Positions 34,617 through 47,093 of a stretch of DNA of 64,000 bases are shown in pieces. The DNA is from Daphnia carinata (Eukaryota). Location of the stretch: assembly GCF_022539665.2 (NCBI RefSeq), contig NC_081333.1, positions 8,680,001-8,744,000 of the forward strand. Reading direction: 5' to 3'. A program made the translations under genes and the position numbers. The notes below the pieces were generated by a model, which worked only from the letters and a program-made list of their open reading frames with translations, did not search any database and was not told where the DNA came from. Position 1 is the stretch's first letter; each line of letters begins with the position of its first letter.

Positions 34617-37518
34617 TCAATCTTTTCGAACTCGTCGACGGGTTCCCGTTTCCACCACAGGTTCCTGTATAGAAAAACACTATTAAATACCTGATCTTTT
34701 TTTTTTACGTGAGCACTTTTCATACAGGTGCATCTTCCAGCTCTTCAGCATCTTCTTCGACTTCATCATCTTCTTTGGCATCGTCATCGTCTTTGGCCTC
34801 TTCGTCATCTCCTTCCAACTGTGGCACAGCCTCAGACTCTTCCCCATTCTGCATTGCTTCTTCTGCTCCCTCATCGTCTTCAACTGCGTCATCTGTCTTT
34901 TTTGCCAGAGCTGCGCGTGCGGCATCTTGTTTTTCCTTTTAAGATTTATGAACAAATCAGTAAGACAAAAAAAAAGGGAAAAAAATTTGCAGGCGAGACA
35001 ACTTCAGATAACTGTACAGTTGCATAGAATAACCATAAGGTTTTCTCACAAAAGTATTTATCCTCCATTGTTGATGGCTAATTTACAACGCTTAGCTTAA
35101 TAATACAACCGAGCTTTAGTATTACCTGGGAATTGCAGCAGAATGTAAAGATGAGCACTAGGGGCAGGCCGACAACAATTACGTATACAGCCCACAGCCA
35201 TGGGTTCTTATTGGTGTAATTCATCAAGCGTTGAACTACGGTTTCCTACAGCACAAATCAATCAAATACAATACGGGGATGTACAAAACTACGCTAAAAG
35301 CACGCAATATAATAAAAATAGCGCAAGAGCGAGGGGCTATTTGACCGACGGGGTTGGATAAATTTTTACTGTTTTTTAAAGCTACCTCAACGACTCTGCG
35401 TCTCAGAAACCAAATGTAGAGTGTAACTGGCAACGAGAGATACATGGCATAGACCATGAATGCGTTCTCTTTTCGATTCATCCATCGTCGAACGCGCTCA
35501 CCAAATGCCTAAAGGCAGGAGGACATGATAACAAAACGAGCGATTGTTTGCAAGTCGAGAGGTAGACATTTTTCCTCCGATGGGCGATTTCAAACGAGGT
35601 GTAGTACAATTTTTCTCTAACACGTAGGCTTTTCGTTATTTCACTCCCTAAAAAAGCTAACCTTTTCTTCCTCTGGACTGTAAACCCATGGAATCAAGTA
35701 GATCAAAAAGATGCCAAGTGGCAAGAAAGCGCAGACCCCATATAGCGGCCAAAACCATACATTACTATTAGTCCAGCGACCCCATTTCTGAAGCCAATGC
35801 CAAGGTTTGTGAATACTCCATCCGTCGCTCTAACGGTGATCACACAGGATATTTAAATTATTTAGTTTTTACCAATTAAAACATGATTCTTAAAACGTTC
35901 GTGGATTTTTGGTAAATGTTATGATCCAGCTTAAGATTCAAAAGAATGTCCGCTTACCTGGTCTCTATCGACGAGATTCCTTTTCAAATCAAATGTTTCG
36001 GCTGCCCATTGCTCCGACACCATTTTGTCGTCAGTAATGATGATATTGTCAAACAGGATGTTATCCGACATGGACCACAACTCAAGCCCAATAGCACCCT
36101 AATGAAAGGACAAAAATTAGAAATTTCCGGTAATAAAAACAAATCTATCAAGGGTAAATTAACACTTACAATTGGAGCCATGTTGAACGGGTGTTTATCT
36201 TCAAAAAAGTCGGGATTAGGAATACGACGAGGTCTCCATTTGCCTCTGTAATTTGGGTTGTCAATCATTGGAGCGCGCCATTTGCCTTTGAATTTTGGGT
36301 TAGCCTTCATCGGAGCCTTCCATTGACCACATCCGGGGGCTGACTCGCATGCGGGATTGTTGATCAGTGGCGCTTCCCAAGTGCCATCCATATCCTCGTC
36401 CCAGTCTTCTGGTTTCTCGGCACTAGGGTCAGGAATCATTTCAGGTTCATCATCCAGCCATCCGTCTGGTTTGACAGCATCCGCGTCGGCAATTTGTTCC
36501 GGTTCATCTTCATCCCAGTCTTCAGGTTTTTTGGCATCGGGATCAGCAATCTTCTCACGTTCGTCCCAGTCTTCCGGCTTGCGGTCATCAGGGTCGTCGA
36601 TTTCAGAAGGAGGATTTACAGGTGGAGAAAAGTCTTCCAACAGTGTTCCTTTGTTGACAATTTTGTAATCCACGGAAACATCGAAGGTGTTGTCCGGATG
36701 AATCATTAGAGTGTAAAGATGCGGCTTTCCATCCTTGAAATATTCATCTAGTCTAGTGCTGGGCTTCTTTGCATGTTTTTCAGAGTAGGAACCATCCTTA
36801 GGGTTTTTATGCTGGAAAATGAAATGTAACTAGGGAACAAAGATTCAGGTTAATAAGACTTTCTACATAGAGACTGATTTTTGTCCTTTTCTTTCAAACC
36901 TTGTGATCATTTCCACACTTGTCAGGACCAAACATGATGGTGTAGGGAGTCTTGTCAGTAAACTGAGACAACCTCATCCCTGTTTGTTGGGTCAGAAGCT
37001 TAATGTAAGCTCCACCACAGTCTTGCCCATTCTGGAATGTAACATCATACTGCACAATCAAAGGTTTGTTCGTGAAAAGGAATGGTCGGTCTAAAGAGGC
37101 TGAAATGGCAGCATGTTTGGCTTTGGATTTTAACACCAAACCCATGTCTCCTTTTAATCCATCTTTTAACAATCCTTCAATAGCCCACTTTCCTATATTA
37201 CCCAACAAATGTAATTGAACAATGTTTAAACAATTAATTCTAAATTATTTTACCATCATATTTGGCAATGTCCTCATCTATTCCTTCTTTCTTTGCCTGA
37301 GACCGGACCCATTTGGCTTCAAATTCTTCTGGAACATCAAAGTGCTCAGCAAAATAAATATGGCCCTTAGGTGTTGGGCTGGCATAAACTATTTCTTCTG
37401 GATTTTCTGGTGTACTTTCGTCGAGTTCTTCCGTAACTGTTGCCTCCTCGCTGTCATCATCACACCGTACCGAAATACTTAGACACAGCACAAGGGCTGT
37501 TAAGAGAATTAGTCTCAT
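34617..37518 (-). CDS. CANX: Calnexin, multi-exon, with three candidate alternative TM exons
   Basis: Signal peptide [23 protein letters not shown] and [12 protein letters not shown]-domain repeats IxDPxxxKPEDWD / GxWxAPxIxNP; TM exon [24 protein letters not shown]; acidic tail ending RRVRKD. Confidence 0.97.
35386..35508 (-). CDS. Candidate alternative calnexin TM exon B (41 codons, phase 0-0)
   Basis: cctttag|[41 protein letters not shown]|gtagct; open and in frame, aligns with the canonical TM exon. Confidence 0.7.
35662..35829 (-). CDS. Candidate alternative calnexin TM exon A (56 codons, phase 0-0)
   Basis: cgttag|[56 protein letters not shown]|gttagc; open and in frame, TNxNxWxWxxY..LPL matches the canonical TM exon. 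Confidence 0.72.
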
Positions 37519-37883
37519 TTCTGGAAGGTTCGGACTACACCCTGAAAGAATGACAACGCGATGAGATGGCTTAGAATTCAACGGTGGAGAAAAACCCCAA
37601 AATTCGATCATAATTGTTTCAGTTAGATGCGTTACCACATCCAGAAATAATTTCTTCTTACAGATAAGCTGCCACGTTTGAGAATATACAATTAGGAGCC
37701 TCGCTTACCCCTGTGTCGGAATCGGTTTTTATATTCACCGGCACAGTCAAATACCCAATACTAACTGAGCTTAACGTGGGATGCCTAAAGCATAAGCACT
37801 GGCGAGGAAGGGAGGGCAGGGAGGTGCTTGCGAGACACGAGGCCCGTTCCTATTGGACCATGGATATTAGGCTAGTCTTTACC

Positions 37884-37910
37884 GTTGCCATAGTTACAGC
37901 GCTTTCGCGC
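37884..37910. promoter_or_regulatory. RFX X-box (37884-37897) and E2F-type site (37903-37910) in the calnexin/PIBF1 divergent promoter
   Basis: GTTGCCATAGTTAC (reverse GTAACT-AT-GGCAAC) fits GTHNYY-AT-RRNAAC; TTTCGCGC fits TTTSSCGC. Confidence 0.55.
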
Positions 37911-37942
37911 TCAAAACGCGAAAATACAACCAAAAGACAAAA

Positions 37943-40628
37943 ATGGTTGACGGCGTCTCGGCTTCTGTTTCTCTGAATGAAGGGAGCAAACTTCCAGAGT
38001 TGTTGTCTATTGGGGAAGATTCTGTTCCAACAGATTTGACTGTTTCTGTGAGTGCACCAAGTCAAGATCAAGAAATTAGTGAAATATCATTAATTGTAGA
38101 CGGCGAAAAAAAATCCCAACAAGAACAATACTACCAGGAAATTGTGAAACGTTTGCGCAGTGAACTTCAATTACAAAAGCTGTCTGTGTCGAAAAAAGAT
38201 GTAGAAACCGAAAGAATTCTCGTAGAGAAGCAACAGGAAATCGAATTGTTAAAACAGCACGTTAACCTGTCTCACAGAGAAAATGAGACCCTAAAAAAGG
38301 AGAACAACTCACTATCACAAAGCATTGTGGATTTACAAACCAAGAACTTGAGGCAAGTATCACGTTTCCATCACAATAAAGTATTCACTGTGATGATCTT
38401 CGATTGTAATTCACTCCCCGCCCTCTTTTCCTTTTTTTTTTTTTTTTTTTGTTATACATTGTCTGAGATTATTATTATTATTTTAGAATCCATAGTTTTA
38501 AGTAACGTATAGCTGTAAAACAACTTTCCGTTTTCGAGTGCTCGATTACCTCTTCTTTTTTTTATCGTGTATTGGCGTCTAGTCTGGGCCTTCAGTACAA
38601 CTGAGGTATGAACAGCTAACCTTATATGAAAAAATATAGCCTTTCCATTATACAGAGCCAATACCTTCCACCCATTCAGGTTGTAGACGACGGTAAAATG
38701 CTGGACGGCTGAAAGCGAATCCCGGCTACTTGCAAACACAATTGTATTTTTATGCATCAACAAAAGAAACCCAATAGTTTATTAGAATGTGTTGATGTGG
38801 TTTTGAATACGAGGACGCCCGATGAGATAAACGGTAGCTGCTTCCGGAAAAAGTGAAACCTTATGAACTGATGAGCTGATCTTGTTAAAAAATGAAGCCT
38901 TAGAATAATGTACGCCATATTCACGTGAGGGAAGTCTATTTAAAGCTTAATACTTCATTACCTCATAAGAAAGTATTGTACGGTCGTCTGAATGACATAA
39001 TTACTTCGTTCCCTTCTTTGGCTTATCAAAGTTAGTTATTAATTGGCCATTGCCAAAATAAGCCGTGGGAATTGCCCACTTGGAAAATAAAATAAAACAA
39101 ATTTTTTAAAATAATACTTATTGTACCACAGATTATTGTCTGAAAATCGGGTGCTTGAAGAGGCTACTACTAAGACAAAAGAAATTGTAAACGGGCTGGA
39201 AAAAAGAATAACAGAACTCACTGTTAAGCACCAGCGAGCCCTAAACTTCATTGAAAAAGATGAAATTACTTTCGATGAATTTGAACGTTTAAGGGCCAAC
39301 CAAAACGTTCTCCTCGTAAAGTCACAAACGATTGATCGAGAAAATGAATCGTTGCGGAAATCTGCAGAAAAATGGAAGAAGAAATTCAATAAATTAAGGT
39401 ATATCGTTTTTACCTACCTATCAAGTAGAACTTCTTGGTGATTTTTTTCCCCTGTCGATATTAGAGACCAATACGAGAACCGTTTACAAAATGAAGTTGG
39501 AAAGCTCAGACAGTCACTACAGAGGCAGATCCAGATGTTGCAGTCTTCAGGCAAAGAGGCTTTGGAATCTAAATTACTAGAAACCGAGCAACGTCGTGAC
39601 AAGGCTGTGAAAGAAATTAATTATTGGAGAAATATGTAACACTGTTAATTTAATGCCGCTCGATTTGAAAGCTCTTCATAAAATCTGTGTTTCTTGTACA
39701 AGGAACGAAAAGTTAAAATCAAAGATACGGGAATATGAGGTCAATGGGGACAAAACGCGTCTACAACTCGAGGAGGTGGAGTCCAAAAAGAATGAGCTTG
39801 TCCAGCATTTAAGTATCATCGCGTCCACCAAATCGAGGCTGGAAAAGGAACTGAACGAGACTAAACGAAAATCTGAAGTTAGTGTCGAAAATTTAAAGCA
39901 GGATATCAGTGAGCACGAGAGAAGGACACAGCAATACCAGCTCCGCATTCAGAGCCTGACGAAAAGTCTAAACGAATACGAAGAAGCGTTTTTAGCCATT
40001 TACGGTGTAGGTAGGTTACGCTTTTAACATTATAACTTTGTAACTTCAAACGTACTAACTGTGACAAAATCGATTTAGATGAACAATCAAATCGTTGGCC
40101 ACCGTTACTAAAAATACAGTCGCAACACATCACTCGTATTTCCAGAAGGGTGACCCAGCTTGAAACTGAGAACAGCATCCTCCAAAAACAACAAAATGTT
40201 TTAGCCAAAAAAATACATCGGCTAGAAAATGAGGTGAGTCACAAACAGGAAGTGATGCAATATTAAGATCTGTTTACATTTCAGACTGTTTTTAGCTCGA
40301 ATCAAAAGAAAAAATGCTATCGCAGATACAAGAAAGGGCACCCGAAACCGTTGGACTTTTTCGGGACAAAGACACCCTTTTGCGTGAACTGCGCTCCCAA
40401 ATAAATCGCAAGGATTTGCAGTTGATGGAGTACGCGTGTCAGGTGGAACGCTTGAAAAGAACTAGAAACCAACTCGCATCGGGTAAAATGAAAAATAAGC
40501 ATAGATTAACTCGAAAGCTTACATTTTTTTTTTCACTTTCTTGAGATTTGGAAGAAGTTCTCCGTGATCGTACTGCGCTAGAGGACGTGAAAAATATGTT
40601 AAAACAGCAGAAAAGCGTTGAGGATTAA
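37943..40628 (+). CDS. PIBF1: PIBF1/CEP90-like centriolar coiled-coil protein, multi-exon
   Basis: N-term SVPTDL; coiled coil throughout; C-term RRVTQLETENSIL and RNQLASDLEEVLRDRTALEDVKNML resemble the PIBF1 C-terminal motifs RRVLQLEKQNSL and KNQMALDLEQLL (recalled). Confidence 0.7.
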
Positions 40629-40764
40629 CCTTTTTAAATCAAATAAGATTATGCCGTATTGCATAACTCTTTATTGGTGGACTGGTATAACTCCGATGGG
40701 ATGGCATTCGTTTCAACTGGAGCCATTACTCGCAAACAATATATAATGGCTTGGAAATTCATTC

Positions 40765-43700
40765 TCAACACATGCCGACCGCTGCCGGAACTACGAGTAT
40801 TTGGGTTTTAAGTAACACATCGAATCCTTTGTGGAGAGTACAAACTCGAGGCCATTGCCAATCGAGAAGTATTTCCGAAAATTTCAGCCCAAGATCGTTA
40901 CGGCTGCTACCAATAACACAAACAATCTTGCCACGAGCTTTACTCAATTGCTCCACTTGATCACAAGGTATAAGAGTTCCGTCGTCTGTCCAGCAAGTTT
41001 GATATGGAAGATTAATACTTCCAGGTACAGCTCCTTGTTGAAATCTGGAACGAGGTTTTAGTTTTCGTAATGCTGTTATTGAACACGCATTAAATAAACT
41101 TACTTGTTGGCGTTTCTAACATCAACAACTACCATTTTCGGACGCACAAATCTCTTGTGGTTTAAATCTAATAGTTCTAGGAAATCTTCCGCGCTAATAC
41201 GAGGACAACGTTCTGCTCTTAAGACCGCTATTGGTATAGAATCCATTGCCTATAATAAAAACGTTGGAAATCTGTTACTTAAATTTGATTGGGAAAGACG
41301 AATACTCACGAGGGAGCTCGTGTCAATTTCTTCGTTGTCATCCATGCAGTTGGACCCTATGAGACTGAAATCCCAGAAAGATCTATTGCCTTTTGGGCTG
41401 ACGGATGGTGGCTCGTGCTGACGAAAGGTAACACTTTGAGGTGTGCTACAGAATATTTCTATGGAGTCCTTCAAACACCGTTCAATGTCAATTTCAGGCA
41501 TGTCAGAGAAAAGTAAGATGCACTCGTTGAAGCCTGATTCTAAAAGAGATTCCCGTAGTTGCTGCAGCACAGCTAGCCCAATGCATAGGGGGAACGATGC
41601 ATTCCCTAGTAACAACTTGTCCCACAAATGAAAAATCTTGTGAAGGGGAAAGACATCTAAGAGAGACCAACGTTAGAATTACGTCCCAATAGTAGAGTAC
41701 ATAGTATCACGATCCTTACTTACGAGCAAACATAGTTAGAAACCAAGGAATTGCGTACAAGTCAGGTACGAATCCGATAGAGTCTAAGTGATTGCGAAGA
41801 ACTGGATCGTGAAAGGCAATTAAATGTGAGAATTTGGCGAGATATTCTTGAATGACGGACGAATTATCTTTCCAGAAGAAGTTATTTAAATATTTTGGGA
41901 TGAATGCAGCGAGACAAGCATATGCTAGAGCTGGAACCAAAGACGATCGTGAGATAAAACTAGATGGCAAACGAATAAATTGGATTTAATACCTTCATCG
42001 TTAAAATGAAGAAGCAAAAAAGGAGCCGTCAAGGAATCGAGGCCTTGCCAATAGACATACTGCGCATGTTGATTAACCCAAGCTTTCAAAATGCGCTTGA
42101 ATTTGGCATGTCCTTCAGGAGATGCAAGCAAGTCCATGTATTGATGACACCGAGGGATATCAACTTCGATCTGAACATGAAGAACTTTGGATAATAATAG
42201 TATATCATGAAATAAGAAACTGTTTAATTAACCTGTCTGTCTGAAGAATGAATTGTGGCTTTGTCAATGGCCGCATAGACTGCTGGGTAAGAGGGATCAA
42301 CTTTTAATAAGGCGGCCCAGACGCGTGCGCGGCAGAAAGGTGGAATGTCTTCACGGGCCTCTTTGATGATGGCTTGTCTCGTCATGGGATATGCCTGGTA
42401 AACAGGCGATTAAGCATGTACTTTAACGGACATTTAAGCATGTAAAACGAAATTTTTTTACCTGAAGCTGTTTGTCAAACATGACAATCCGATAGAGTTG
42501 GTAATCGATGTCTTTCTCCTTAATTACCAAAGGCAACTTAGCCGCCTCCCTCAGTGTCGGATGATCATTTATATCAAACAGTATATAACCCCTAGAAGTT
42601 AAAATTGTTCTTGAACTGTTATGGAGGATAATATTTGATAGGTCAGCCATACGCATCATTCATTTCAGGGTCAAAAACAGAAGACGGTAAATGTTGCAAA
42701 CGACGCAAGAGGGCTTCCAACGATATCTCTACTACTGAATCATCATACAGGGTAGTTCGGTCTTTGGTTTGTCCGAAAGATTCTCCTTCTTCAAGAACAA
42801 CACTGAAAGAAGTCACTTAGTTAACCTCTGACTTCCACAATCAAAATTTAGTCTTACCACGGGAGGGAAAAAATTGCTGGTTTGTTCCTTAATATTCCAG
42901 CTTTTCTTAATTCAGCTTCCACATCACCGCCGACCAGGTGCCAGAAGTGGTATACTTCGGAAAGGGGTAGTTTGCTCAATAGGTGATGAATTCGTAACAA
43001 ATCCGGTGGAAGAGATTGAGCAGGAAATTTGAAAACCGCAGCTGGTACACTAAATCGTTCACCAAATAGTGGATGCTTCAAAAGTTGATCGGCTGTAGGT
43101 CGATTTTCTGGATGAATTTGCAGACAGCTTTCAATCAATTCCTTTAACTCTGGTTGAACACCCTGTTACAAAATAAAATAAAAGAAACATGAGAATTAGA
43201 AAAGTTACGTATGTGTGATAGAGAGTCGACGAGAAGGCACACCTTCCACTGTTCAACAGCCTCAGCTTCTTGAACTATTCTTTCAACTGCACTTCCTTTT
43301 GCATGAATCCAGCTCATAACTTTTCGCAGTGTGTTGCAGAGTTTAGCTCGAGATTCACTCAAAAATTCGATCCCGAGAGCTGTCAATGAAGTCGTTTTGA
43401 CCAGTAAATATTAGTTTGATTTTTAATTTGCTTAAATTACCCATTTCTAGAAGAATCATCCCCAATGACCAAATGTCTGACTTTGGTTTAGAGCTATACA
43501 GAATTAATGTTTCATCACAGGTTGTAGAGCTATCAAACCATGATTTTGATGGATCATACCCCATTAGTAAAACTTCTGGTGCTAAATACTTTGGATAACT
43601 AGGAAAACAGTATGCAAACAAAGCTGTCAGTATATATGTGGAAAAGGAAGTTGTAAATTCATACCCAATGGGAAAGGAGACAAGGGTGCTAGACTGAGTC

Positions 43701-44311
43701 ATGTAATACATCCCATAGGCACTGAGTTTCACCCTTCCTTCTGAGGATATGAGAATATTTTTGGAATGGAAGTTTCGATGCACAACATTTTTGCTGTGAA
43801 GATACTGGAGGGCTTCTATGATTGATCGGGCAAGGTGAATTTGTAAATCTAATCCAAAGATTTTCTTTTTCAATATGAGAGTTTGCAAAGAAGTAGAATA
43901 ATGCTCGGCCACAACAATGACTCTCTCTGTTGGATAAGTCAAACAATTACACATTTTACCAATAACTATTTCAACATTTCAAGTAGTTAATTGAATACTA
44001 CCATGTTGAATGCGGGAAATGTCAACATAAGCACAAAGATTTGGATGTTCAAGTTGGGAGAGTGTTTGAAATTTTCCAAGAATTTGGACTGAGTTGGGCG
44101 TCAATGGTAGTCCATTACTACCACACGATTCAACTGGATGATTGGCCGCACAAAAAGTCGATACACCCAATCCTCCTCTATCAAGTGGTGTAGGATTTCT
44201 ACATCTAAAGTTTGTATAAATCTTTTTTAAAGTTTCAGCAACGTTATGCGGGTTTTTATTCGAATCATTCGATAAAATATCACAACAATTAGTTTCCACA
44301 GTCAATTCCAT
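40765..44311 (-). CDS. TBCK: TBC domain-containing protein kinase-like protein (pseudokinase, TBC, rhodanese-like), multi-exon; exact start uncertain
   Basis: [93 protein letters not shown]. Confidence 0.95.
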
Positions 44312-44543
44312 GGCAATTTCATTTCCTAGCAGACGGATGTGGCAGAATGACACTGTTATGGTAACCAGCAGAAGGAAATACGAAACAGCAATTTTTTTTT
44401 TTTTATCATTTATTTTTTTACTTTTTTTTTTTTTACTTTTTTCCCCGTCTTTCAGCCCGTTTCCTCCCGACAACAGTGTTGCCTTGGGAAAGAATAGTAA
44501 GGTCTTCAAGGTTTGTTATTGGTTCTCCCCCTTTGCACTGAGC

Positions 44544-46577
44544 ATGTCGTGGTCTCTTAGTATGCATCGCATGTTGCTTTTCTCGTTTATTTGCTTACTT
44601 TTCCACCAAACACAATGCTACAGTTGGAAAACAGCGTTTTTTAAGCAACAAGTTAGTATTAATTATATTCTCTTGATGTGAAATTAATGTGCCATACGCA
44701 GTATATTGTTAACGCGCACAATATCAACATTGGATGACCTTTAGGTTGATCACTTCAGCTTTGCCAACCAGGACATCTATGCACAACGCTACTTGGTTAA
44801 TTCTACTTACTGGAAAAGAGGTGGGGGCCCAATTTTTTTCTATACAGGAAATGAAGGAGATATAGAATGGTTTGCTCAAAACACTGTAGGTTTAAGTGAA
44901 ACACAGGCAATATATTCATTCATTGCATAATGTTGACTTATGTGGAAAATTATAATTCCAGGGATTCATGTGGGACATTGCAGAAGAATTTGGCGCAATG
45001 TTAATTTTTGCTGAACACAGATATTATGGCCAGTCACTTCCATATGGAAACAAAAGCTATTCAGTAAGAAGTATATAAAAAATAAAATTTTATGAAATCC
45101 CTCTATTTCCCTTAAATACATAGGATGTAAAATATTTGGGATATCTCACATCGGAGCAAGCTCTTGCAGATTTTGCAGAGCTGCTCGTTTATGTAAAGTC
45201 AACAAACTCAGGTGCTGCTGAAAGTCCTGTAATTGCATTTGGAGGATCATATGGAGGGATGTTAGCTGCTTGGATGCGCATAAAATATCCCCATATCATA
45301 ACTGGGTATAACTTGTAATTTTAAAGCAACATTTTATTCTCATTGAAATTTTTGTTATAGGGCGATCGCGGCCTCAGCTCCAATTTTGCAGTTTACTGGA
45401 CTGACACCTTGTGATGCGTTTAATCGTGTGGTCACGGCCGACTTTTCTTCGGCATCAGCAGAATGTGCAGAGACAATTCGCAAATCGTGGAAAGCCCTGT
45501 CAAAAATCTTGGTGAATGGTGAGATCTTTAGTTCCTCAGTCGTAAATAGTTCTCAAGTTTTGACTTATTCAAACAATAGATGAAGGGAAAGAGTGGCTTA
45601 GAACCCACTGGAACTTGTGTGTGCCATTAAATGGAACTGAAGATATTAATAACTTGAAGGATTGGCTTACAAATGTATGGACAAACCTCGCTATGGTTAA
45701 CTACCCGTACCCTGCTAATTTCTTGGCTCCGCTGCCCGCATATCCGGTTAAAGTAAGCTGTTCCATTTTTTAATTTCTATAGCGGCAATAAATACATTCT
45801 GTATTAAACCATATATTTAGGCTGTTTGTGAGCACTTGACAAATTCCAGCCTTGACGACCGTTCTCTTTTGGATGAGATTTTTAAAGGGCTATCGGTTTA
45901 TGCCAATTTCACTGGGCAAACTCAGTGTTTGGATGTTAGTCAACAAGCAGACCAGTCTTTGGGAGACATGGGCTGGGATTTTCAAGTAAGTAAAACAGCT
46001 CTCCCGATGTTTTTTTTTTTTTTTTTTTTACTTCATTATTACATTCATTATCTAATTATTTTTTATTGTCTTTTTTTTTTAACTCAAAGGCTTGCACTGA
46101 GATGGTTATGCCAATGTGTGGTGATGGAATTAACGACATGTTTGAAGCTCAGCCGTGGAACCTAGAAAAATATTCGGAAAAATGTCTCAAGAAATGGAAA
46201 GTAAATCCTAGACCACTTATGGCACCGCTGAATTATGGTGGCAGAAATATTTCTTCATCCTCAAACATTGTTTTTAGCAATGGATTACTAGACCCATGGT
46301 TTGAGCACATCATGTTTCTCCAAGCATTGGGATACTTACTTAGAATGTTTTCTCTCTAAAAAGGTCAACTGGAGGAGTCACAAAGTCACTTTCAGACTCA
46401 CTTGTGGCTATCATAATTCCAGAAGGAGCCCATCACCTTGATCTTAGAGGTGCAGATCCAAATGACCCAAATTCTGTGGTAAAGGCTAGAGAGATTGAGA
46501 AACAGTTTATTTCAAAATGGATTCTATCTAGTAAACGAGATAGAAAAGAAATGCCTAAGTCCTTTATAGTTGGTTGA
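44544..46577 (+). CDS. PRCP: Lysosomal Pro-X carboxypeptidase (peptidase S28), multi-exon
   Basis: [75 protein letters not shown]. Confidence 0.95.
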
Positions 46578-47093
46578 ATGTGATAAATCATTTTGGTCTT
46601 GCATATTAGATTGCTATTGTTATTATCGCATTTATGTTTTCTTTGTTCGCACAAGCGTTCCGATTTGGTCTCTTGCTTGCTGCAGAAGATGCACAGTAGT
46701 CGATAACTCACTTGCATGCATGTCGATCGAGATCTGTTTTTGTCCGTCAGACGATCCTTCTACCTTGTAATCAATACATACGAATTATGAAACGGTAGTC
46801 CCTTTATTCTTTTACTTTGTGTAAAACAATAACTACCACTAGTTTTAGAGTGCAAACAGTTTTGTCCTGAGGAGAAACGTCACACTGAAATTCTTTCAGT
46901 TTAGGCATAGAACACATTTTCAGAAAAACTTGCAAACAGTGAAGTAGCTGTCAAAAATATCGGTGACGCGTCGTCTGCTTCATAACAACTGACAAAGAGA
47001 AATTCGTTTAGAGCGCAGTCAATAGTAAGCTTTAAGCTGTAAAAGATCGAAAATTTGTTCTCCTCTTATATTTTGGTGGCATAAAACGTTATC

